Notes under the pieces: generated by a model
Database searches by the model: none
Told to the model about the DNA's origin: nothing
What the model saw: the letters and a program-made list of their open reading frames with translations, nothing else
Shown here: piece by piece, positions 9,955 through 18,900 of the stretch
Numbering within the stretch: position 1 is the stretch's first letter
Layout of the letters: each line of letters starts with the position of its first letter
Source of the DNA: Candidatus Sumerlaeaceae bacterium
GTDB lineage: Bacteria; Sumerlaeota; Sumerlaeia; Sumerlaeales; Sumerlaeaceae
Assembly (NCBI GenBank): GCA_051003195.1
Contig: JBPCLP010000025.1
Location: 67,616-131,615 of the forward strand
DNA length: 64,000 nt
Direction of reading: 5' to 3'
Made by a program: the position numbers and the translations under genes

Positions 9955-12798
9955 TTGAGGCCAACCGGTTTGAAACCAGCTTTTCTGTTTTTCATGTCCC
10001 TGTTGCTTTTGTGCACTGCCGCCGTAGCCGCGCCGAACGACGGTACTTTTAAGGTTCGTGTAGCCAGGGACTTGAAAAAAGAGGCTGCCGACAGCATCAC
10101 GGCGGAACTAAAAAAAGAAGGCTATACGCCGGTGGATATCGTCCCGTCTGCCAGTGGATTTACCGTACTGGTGGGCGCGGCGCGAACAAAACAGGAAGCC
10201 CAGGTGCTGGCAAAAGACCTGAAGTCGGCCGGCTTCACAACGGAAGACATTGAAGAGCCCGCCGCCGCAGGCGCAACTGCCGGCGCCGGAGCGCCAGCAG
10301 TATCGGCAGACACCAGCGGAGGCACAACGGCATATCGCGTGCTGGTACACGAGTTTCCAAAGTCGGAGCAGGCCGAGCAGGGAAAAGAAAACCTGAAGGC
10401 CGAGGGTTTCACGAACGTCGATATCACTCCTGAGGACGGCAAATATAAGTTATACGTCGGCACTTTCCCGCAGCAGTCCGACGCACAGGCGCTTCTGAGC
10501 CAGATCAAAGGCGCGGGGTTTGCGATGGCGCAGGTTGCAACCATTGCCCGCCGACCGGATGCGAAGTCTGAGTCGGCTGCTGTGCCGCCACCGCTTGCAT
10601 CTTTGCCGGCAAATCTTTCCGCCTCGCAAAAGAGCGATGCGCAAAGCCTGCTCGACAGAGCTAAACGTGCAGATGCGGGCGAAATGAGTTATGCCGAGTA
10701 CCAGGAATTTGTAAAAGAACGCCAGCGCCAGAGCAGTGGCGTCAAAATGCTGATTGCAGGCTATGAGAAGGACCTCGGCGAGAAGCGGGAAATCCAGAAC
10801 AAGACCTGGTCGCTCTACCGCGAATTCGACAACCTGTTGGAGTCGCGGCGCTATGATGCGGCCCGGCGCAAGCTGGATGAAGTCCGCGCAGTTGATCCAA
10901 AGGATGCCTACCTCCCGGCAAAGCAGGAGCGGTTGTCGATGCTGATGGGTTCCGGCGGTGGAACTGGAGCACCTGTTGTCGCGCAGGGTTCTGCGGCAGG
11001 TCCAAGGCCCAACGGCCCCAAACCAGCCGATCCGGAAGCCGTGCAGCAGATGCTCGCCGAAGCGCGCAAGGCTGAAGGCGAGGGACGCAACGAAGCAGCC
11101 CTGGCGCGTTATAACAAAGTGTATGAGCTGGATGCAACTCACGTGGAAGCGCGCAGCAAAATTGCAGAGCTGAACGAAAAGCTTAAACCGCAAGCCCCCG
11201 CGGCTGCGGGTACCAACCAGAAGCTGATCTACGGGGGCGGCGGGTTGCTGGTCGTTGTCATCCTGGCGCTCGCATACTGGAATTTCGTGAATGGCCGCCG
11301 CGAGAAGAAACTTGAGCAGCAGGTGCGCGAGTTGGCGCAGCACGGCAGCGTCGGCGCCCCTGCGCCTACACCTGCTTATGGCGCATCTGCGCAGACGTTC
11401 GTGGATCCCCTGGCACCGGGCGGCATGTATAGTGCCGGCTCGGCGGCCACAGCAGGAGCTGGAATGAGCGGCATGGGAGCGGCAGCCATGGGTGACATGG
11501 GCGGCTCAGGGAAGCTGTTTGCCGGCGGAATGGATATGCCGGGCATGGGCGCGATGATCGGCGGAGCGGAAGATGAGAGTGATGAGCGCGAAGAAAAGCC
11601 GGCCGCCGCACAACAAACTTTCGAAGCCGAAGAAGTGGGCCATGACGAGGATGTGGTGTCGCTCTCGAGCTTGAATTTCGATGGGCTGCAAATGGGTGGT
11701 GACGAGCCGGATGTCGAAGTAAGCGCCAACGACACAGCGCCGGTGTTACCACCGCCGGGGTCTGATTCGCTTTCCCTGGGTGACCTGGACCTGGGCTTTG
11801 GTTCGGCCTCTGCTCCCTCTGCTCCCTCTGCTCCTACGCCTGTGCCTGCGGAGCCGGTCAACGCCTCTTCGCCATCTATGTCGATGCCCGACCTGGACCT
11901 GGACGCACTGCTGAAAGGGACGTTTCCCGGGGCAAGTGCTGCAGCGCCGGACATGCCGTCCGCGCGCATCCAGGACATTTCTCCCGTGCAGTTGCCGTCG
12001 CTCGGAGAATTGACTTCCACCCAGGAAGAGAGATCGATCCATGATGAGCTGACCCTGCGTGAAATGAACGCTGGCGGCCTGGCTGCTGCCATGGGTGGCC
12101 TTGGGACCGCGCCGACGGTGCACATTCCAACACCTTTCCCTCAGCACGAATCCCTGGGTGGTGGTTCAGCCGGTGGAGCATCGCAGGCGCCTGTCGCGGC
12201 AACTTCAACCGCGCCCGCGGCTGCGGCAAACGCAAGTCACCACGAGCAAACGTTTGACCAGGAGCCCGTCGGATCGCAGCCCGCAAACTGGACGGGTGAT
12301 TATGAGTACGCGTCCCTTACGGTCGACGATCAGAATTCCGTGGATGGCACAGGACGCTGCCTGAAGTTTGAAAAACGTTCGGGTGCGGGAAGCGCAAGCT
12401 ACCACTGCAACTTTCCCAATGCCTCAGGTCAGGTGACTGTCGAGTTTGACATTCGGTGCGACGACAAGAACAAGTACCTGCTGGGATTCTATGTCGAAAA
12501 GGACGAAGACTTTAAGCAGTCGGTTCACACAATCGTGCACCGGATTGATTCGCGGAGCCAGCCGTCGCTGCGAATCCAGGGCGAGCCTGTCCCGTATGAG
12601 CTTGGCAGTTGGCGCCGTGTGAAGTACGAGCTGAACCTGCTGATTGGCGTGGTGAACGCATTCGTGGACGAGCAGCACGTCGTTAAAGATGCGAAGTTGC
12701 CGACGATTCCTGCCTATGTGAACACGCTCTCGATTCGCGATAACCTCGCCACGACTGGCCTTTTTTACCTGGATAATATTCGGATTACGCGCCGCTAG
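9955..12798 (+). CDS. SPOR-domain-containing membrane protein (three N-terminal SPOR-like repeats, coiled-coil/TPR-like middle, TM helix, Gly/Ala/Met-rich linker, C-terminal beta-sandwich-like domain)
   Basis: Signal peptide. Three ~75-aa repeats of SPOR type (FKVRVARDLKKEAADSITAELKKEGYTPVDIV; YRVLVHEFPKSEQAEQGKENLKAEGFTNVDITPEDGKYKLYVGTFPQQSDAQALLSQIKGAGF). TM segment LIYGGGGLLVVVILALAYWNFV. Low-complexity tract GMSGMGAAAMGDMGGSG. TTG start at 9955 (ATG alternative at 9994). Confidence 0.75.
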   Translation: MRPTGLKPAFLFFMSLLLLCTAAVAAPNDGTFKVRVARDLKKEAADSITAELKKEGYTPVDIVPSASGFTVLVGAARTKQEAQVLAKDLKSAGFTTEDIEEPAAAGATAGAGAPAVSADTSGGTTAYRVLVHEFPKSEQAEQGKENLKAEGFTNVDITPEDGKYKLYVGTFPQQSDAQALLSQIKGAGFAMAQVATIARRPDAKSESAAVPPPLASLPANLSASQKSDAQSLLDRAKRADAGEMSYAEYQEFVKERQRQSSGVKMLIAGYEKDLGEKREIQNKTWSLYREFDNLLESRRYDAARRKLDEVRAVDPKDAYLPAKQERLSMLMGSGGGTGAPVVAQGSAAGPRPNGPKPADPEAVQQMLAEARKAEGEGRNEAALARYNKVYELDATHVEARSKIAELNEKLKPQAPAAAGTNQKLIYGGGGLLVVVILALAYWNFVNGRREKKLEQQVRELAQHGSVGAPAPTPAYGASAQTFVDPLAPGGMYSAGSAATAGAGMSGMGAAAMGDMGGSGKLFAGGMDMPGMGAMIGGAEDESDEREEKPAAAQQTFEAEEVGHDEDVVSLSSLNFDGLQMGGDEPDVEVSANDTAPVLPPPGSDSLSLGDLDLGFGSASAPSAPSAPTPVPAEPVNASSPSMSMPDLDLDALLKGTFPGASAAAPDMPSARIQDISPVQLPSLGELTSTQEERSIHDELTLREMNAGGLAAAMGGLGTAPTVHIPTPFPQHESLGGGSAGGASQAPVAATSTAPAAAANASHHEQTFDQEPVGSQPANWTGDYEYASLTVDDQNSVDGTGRCLKFEKRSGAGSASYHCNFPNASGQVTVEFDIRCDDKNKYLLGFYVEKDEDFKQSVHTIVHRIDSRSQPSLRIQGEPVPYELGSWRRVKYELNLLIGVVNAFVDEQHVVKDAKLPTIPAYVNTLSIRDNLATTGLFYLDNIRITRR

Positions 12799-12813
12799 TG
12801 TGGTACCCCATTC

Positions 12814-12897
12814 AATTCGTTCACTGGTTTTGTGTGCCGTCCGAGCTCGAAAGCTTCCTGAAGTATAGCCATGAACTTCCGGGACGGCACACTAGAT
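12814..12897 (+). repeat. REP-like palindromic repeat, family 1 (diverged copy)
   Basis: ttcgttcactggttttGTGTGCCGtccgagctc...cgggaCGGCACACtagat. An 11-12-bp perfect inverted repeat shares GTGTGCCG/CGGCACAC arms, the left flank (tcgt..c.g.tttgtgtgccg) and the right end (cggcacactagat) with copies at 32411, 40897 and 57286. It starts 15 nt after the SPOR gene stop. Confidence 0.65.
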
Positions 12898-12987
12898 GAT
12901 CAGGGGTTAGGATGTGTGATGTACGACGTTTGCGCAAATCTGGAGTTGGCGCAGTCCATCCTGTCTCTGTGTGAAGGAATCTAGCGG

Positions 12988-15900
12988 TTGGATCTCGCAA
13001 TAGCACAGGAATTTCTCGACGAAGTAAATGCGAAAGCCGACGCGGGCGAACTCCTCAAGCGAATCGGCTATGCAAACGATAAAATCCAAGTGGTTGGAGA
13101 TGCCATCAAGGCATTTTGCCCGATCCATAAAGATAAGAAGTTTCGCTCGCTCCTTATTGAAAGCGGTAAACAGAGCTTCAAGTGCACGCTGAAGACATGC
13201 GCCGGCGCGCAGGGTGGAACCCTTGTGGAGCTTTATGCGCTGGCGCGTAAGATGGAGCCGCTGCTTGCGGGCGCTGAACTGGTGGGAGCGCTTGACCTCG
13301 CTATTGATCCCGAATGGACGAGCCAGATTGCGGCAGCCATGCTTGAGGAAGCACAGCAGGCATTCGTCAGGCGTGAACCTGAGCTGGCCGAAAGTGCTGC
13401 GCGCCGCGCGCTTAAGTTTCAGCCGACGCTTGCCGATGCACGTTTATTACTTGCGACGATGTTTGCCGAACGCGGCGAGATGGCGCAAGCTGTGGATGAG
13501 TATGCCGCCCTCGTGGAAGGCTATCTTTCCGCCTCGCAATATGAGGAAGCCGACCAGACGCTCGAAAGCGCGATCGCTGCATTTCCGGACAGCGAAGACC
13601 TGCTGTTTCTGCAGGTGCGTAGCGCCGAGCAGCAGAATCAAACGGATCGCGCCGTCGAGCTACTGAATGAGATCGTTGGTCGACGTGAGGCAACCAACCG
13701 CCAGATGGATAACGTTGGCGTGTTACAGAAAATTCTCGAGCTGCGTGCGGACAATGCGGATGCCCATGTAAAACTTTCGGAAATTTACGAGCAGCGCCAC
13801 GATATGCGCACGGCAGGCAAAGAGCTGGAGATAGCAGCCCGACTGCTGAAAGAACAGGGACGCAACGCCGACGCAATTCCACTTCTCGAAAGAGTTGTGA
13901 AACTTGCGCCTGAGATGGCGAAGACTCGCCTCGATCTCGCCGAGGAGCTGATTCGGGATGGCGATTATGCACGCGCCAAAGAACAGATTTTTGAAATCGC
14001 CAACCAGCAGATTGAGAACCAGAATTTCGCCGCCGCAGAATTAACAGCGCGTCGCTGGCTGGAAGTTGAACCGGAAAGTTTCGAGGTCCATGAGACACTG
14101 GCGCGTATCTACATGGACCAGGATCGGCAGTCGGAAGCCGGTGTCGAACTGAAACAGGCCGCCGAGTTTTCGCTGAAGCACGGTGAGTCGGAACGGGCGA
14201 TGCAGTTCTTCTTCAGGGTTAAGTTTGTAGCTCCGGAGAACCTCGAGGTACGCCGACAGATTATCAGCCTGTTTGAGCAGCAGGGAGAAACGGAGCGTGC
14301 CGGTTTCGAACTGCTGGACCTTGCTGAAGTGCTGCTGGGGCAATCAAATCCGGAGGAAGCAGAGCAGGCGCTTACCAGGGCCGCGGATATTACAGATTCG
14401 CGCGATGTGAAGCAGCAGGTAGCAGACACGCTGCTGTCCCACGGACGCAACGATGCGGCGGAACAGCTCCTCAGGCAGATAATCAGCGAGGCAGAAGCTG
14501 ACGCCGACCTGGCAGCGGTTGCCGATGCGAGCAGCACTCTGCTACAGATCCTGCCGGACGATGTGAGCCTGGCCTTTCGCCGATGCATGTGCCTCTGGGA
14601 GTGCGATCCGGACAGGGCGCTGGAAGAGACCGGAAGAGTTGTGGGCGATCTGTTGCAGGCAGGTGAACGTGAGAGTGCAGTAGATCTGCTGCGTAAGGGC
14701 GCTGCTTACGCATCCGAATACTGCGAAGAAAGCCTGGATTGTCTGCGACAGGCGTTGGGTGTGCAGGACGCTGAGTCCGCCGGGAAATTTTACTCTGCTG
14801 TAATTCACACCGTTGCGGAAGAAGATACTGAGGCAGCCCTGCAACTTGCTCGCGAGATGACAGCACTGGACCCTTCGCACGCAACGGCCCTGGCGGACTG
14901 CGGTGTGCTGTTCGCAAACGTCGGCATGACTCATGACTCTGCCGAGGCGTATGTTCAGCTTGCGAAAATCAGTGAGTCGACTGGTGACCGTGAACTCGCG
15001 CTGCAGCATCTGGAGGATGCGCTATCGCAGGAACCTGAGCACTTAACCGCGCTGCAGCGACGCGCAGAGCTCGCGCTGGCGCATACTGACGCCGACTCCG
15101 CGCGATCTTACTTTCAGGCATTCGTAGATGTACTCCAGGTGCGTGGTTCGGAAGATGAGCTACGGAGCGGACTGCGAACATACCTGGAATATTACCCGGA
15201 TGATCTCGCCGTGCAAATGCAGCTTGCATCGTTACTGGTTCAAGCAGGCGAGGAACAGAACGCGCTTGAAATGTACCTTCGGATTGCGGAGCATGCCAGC
15301 ACAACAGAAGCGGTCAGTCTCCAGGTAAACAGTCTGCAAAATGCAGTCGGCATCGCGGGGCGGGATGCGGCAATTCGGCAGCGCCTTGGAAAGGCTCTGA
15401 AACTTCACGGACAGGCGCAGGCTGCAGCTATCGAACTGCTTGAAGCCGCGCGACTTTTGTGCGAGTCGGGCAGCTTGTCCCAGGCGCGTACCGCAGCTGC
15501 TGAATCCGCAGAATCGGCTGACGATCCTCTCCAGGCGCTTGAGCTCCTGTGCACTATCGATGAGGAAATGAACGATCCCGAGCTGCTTGCAGAAGATCTG
15601 CCGCAGCTGATTGCACAGCTTCGCAGCGCTGGCCGTGTACATCAAGCTTTAGAACGGGCGAACCGGCTGCTTCAGCTGAAACCTGGTCTGGTAAGCCAGC
15701 GCATTGTCGCTGACCTCCGCGCCGAAAACGGCGACACAGACGAAGCGCTGAAGGAATACACGCTTCTTGCGCAGCAGTATGAGGAGCAGAAGGATTATCC
15801 GGAGGCGCTGGCCATTCATGCGGAAATGGCTCAACTGCGGGCGCCGAATCTTGATACGCTGCATCGGCTTGTTCGGCTCGCGGAAAAGACCAGTCCCGAA

Positions 15901-18900
15901 GCGGCGGCTTCGGCGAAGCTGCAATTAGGCCAGGCTTTGCTCGCATCTGGAGATGTGCTGGGGGCATTTGAAACCGCAAGAACGCTGGGTAAGCAAAACA
16001 CCGGTGTCCTGGCCGCGGCGATGCTGCTGCAAAAAATTGGACGGGCTGCGGGCACATTGGAACAGGCGCTGGAAGCTTTTCTCGCCGCCGCCGAAGCATA
16101 CGCGACGTTCCCTGAAAAATCGGAAGCCAAGATCGAGTGCCTTGAAGCGGCCCTGGCGCTTGATCCCGAAAACACCGCCGCGCACCAGATGCTCGCTGAG
16201 CATTACGAAGCCGCGGGAGAAGCGGATTTCGCATTCTCGCACCGTGTCGCATTACTGCCCGTGGCAGCCGGATCGAAAAAACAGAATGCCTGGAAACAGG
16301 AACTTGCAAAACTGCGTGTGCTGGCAGCCGATGATCCGGGCAAGCACCTCGAGCTTGGCAGGCGCGCGCTTCGCAGCGAGCAGGTAGCATATGCACTGGA
16401 GGACTTTGAAAAGGCCGCAGAGTTGGGCGCCGCAGCCGGGGATGATCCTGTTGTCCTGGAGTCCGCCGACGCTGCAGAGGCACTGGTGTTTAACTCCGTG
16501 GTGTTATGTCGCGCGAAATTTGACGTCCTGCTTTCTTCCGGTGATAAGGAAGTTGCGAAAGTATGGCTGCGCGAATGTGCGCAACAGGCACTACGAAGCG
16601 ACAAGGCCTCCGAAGCCGAAGACTACGCACAACGATGGATTGAACTCGACCGCGCCGATGCCGATGCGCTGGAACTGCTGGCGGCTGCCTACCAGAAACA
16701 GAACCGTACCCAGAAAGCCGTGGATACTTATATTGCGCTGGCTAATCTGCTTAAATTTGCTGGCGATTACGAGCGTTCCATCGCTATTCTTCGTCAGTGC
16801 CTCGCCGTCGACGATCAGTCCGTCCCAGCGCGACAGCTCCATTGGCAGGTGCTGCTTGAGGCAGATAAGCAGAACGAAGCATTACAGGAGATGCACCAAC
16901 TGGCTGACTTGCTGATTGAGCGGCAGTCATACCGCGACGCTTGTACGCTGCTATCGCGAATTCTCGATTATCGCACGAACTCCGAGCAGACGCTGGAGCG
17001 CCTGGCTTCTCTTGTTCACGAACACGAGGGATTCGCGAAGGCCTCCCCATACTTTAGAAAACTCATTCAATTGAAGAGTGCGACACTTCCGGCGGACCAG
17101 ATGGCGGCCGAGTACGAACGCATCTTGAAGCTTGAAGGGGTCGATGCCGAGTTTCGCCGGGAATATGCGGACTTTTTAAAAGCGCAGGGGCTGCTGCCCG
17201 ATGCCAAGGAACAATACCTTCACACCGCACAGGTGTACCGCGACGAATTGAATTCTCCCGAAAAAGCAGTCGAGCTTTTCATCCTTGCCGTGGAACTGCT
17301 TCCAGAGAGCGGCGACTCTCCCATCTACGAGGAAGTGGCCAGGCTGCACCAGGCATCAGGCAATCTGGAGGACGCGGTCGCAGCCCTCCGGAAAGCATCG
17401 AGACAATACATTGCTGCAGGTGAGAGCAAAAAGGCGGTGCAGTCTATCCGCAGAGCCCTGGAGATAGACATCGGTCAGGACCGAGCGGCGGACGAGGCTC
17501 TCCTCGCTCATGCACTGGTTGCAGCGGGGGAAAAGAAAAAGGCGAAGGAAGCGTTTAACCAGGCGTTCATAAAAGCGCAGTCGCCAGACAGCTCTCTTCC
17601 AGAATCAGTGCAACGCGAAGTCTACACGACACTTTTAGCGGCTGATCCGCTGCATGTGGAAAGCGCTCTTGCGCTGCTGGCGCTCTTACCAACCGGCGAT
17701 GTTGCGCCGTCTGCGCTGGAGACCCTTGGCGCTTTCAAGGAAGCAGGGCGTCACGAGGATCAAATTCGTATTCTCAAGGCGGCACGCTCCGCCGCACCTG
17801 CGGATATACAGATTCGTCAGGAGTTGGTTGGCTTATACAGGTCGCGCGGCGATACTGCGAAATTGCAATACGAGCTCGCCGACCTTGTGCGCACTGCCAG
17901 CGCCGCAAAACAGCATGATCATGCCCGCGAGGCGCTGGAAGAGCTTACGTGTCTCCCGCCATCGGCCGACCTTAAGCTGCAGGTAGCGCCGCTCTATTTT
18001 CAGCTCGAGGATGAGGAGCAGGCCGTCGCCGCCTACTGCAGCGCTGCTGAGCTTTTCGAGGAAGCGGGGCAGAGCGACGATGCGGTGGATGCTTTGCGGC
18101 ATGCACTCCAAATCAATGGCAACTCGGTACCTGCCGCCCTCGTTGCTTCGCTGGCGCGCAAGGGAGGCGCCGAGGTTCGAAAGATTGCGCGCGACATTCT
18201 CGAAGCGGCATTGATCGCCCGCACACGTACAAGATCACTGGTACTCGCGGTGGCCCTTTTGGAACGAGAACCCCTGGAGGAAGCAAAGCGGCTGCTGAGC
18301 ATGGTTTTTATGCGCGGCGGTGCAGGGTTTGTCGCCGCGATTGCCGGAACCCATGCGGACTGGCTGCTGGAAGCGGGAAGAAGCGACGATACCGCAGGGG
18401 TTGTGACGTTCATAACGCAATTGGCTCCGAACTCACCGGATGTATGGTGGCTCGCGTCCCAATTGAGAAAGCGCTGCGGCGACAAAGCGGGTTCCGCCGA
18501 GGCCGCACTGAAAGCGGCACAGCTATACAATGAAGCTGGCGCCGTTTCTGAGGAGGAGAGCTGCTACCGCGACGTTTTGGACGAGATTCCGGAAGACGCG
18601 GCGACGCTACAGACGCTGGCGTTTTTTTACGAACGCGAGAAGCGCGGTGAAGAAGGCATCGAAGTCATGCGCCGGCTGGCTGCCATCGCGCATAATGCAG
18701 GCGATGTAACCGGCGGATTAAGCTGGCTGCGGAAGGCGCTTGATTTGGGCCCCTCCCAGGATGAGTTGCGCGCGCAATACGCAGAACTGCTTCAGGTTGC
18801 CGGCAAATCTGACCAGGCGCTTGAGCAATGGCTGGAGGTTGCGCGACGCAGCGCCAAGACTGGAATCCCGGACCGCGCAGTCCACGCCTACCAGAAGGTA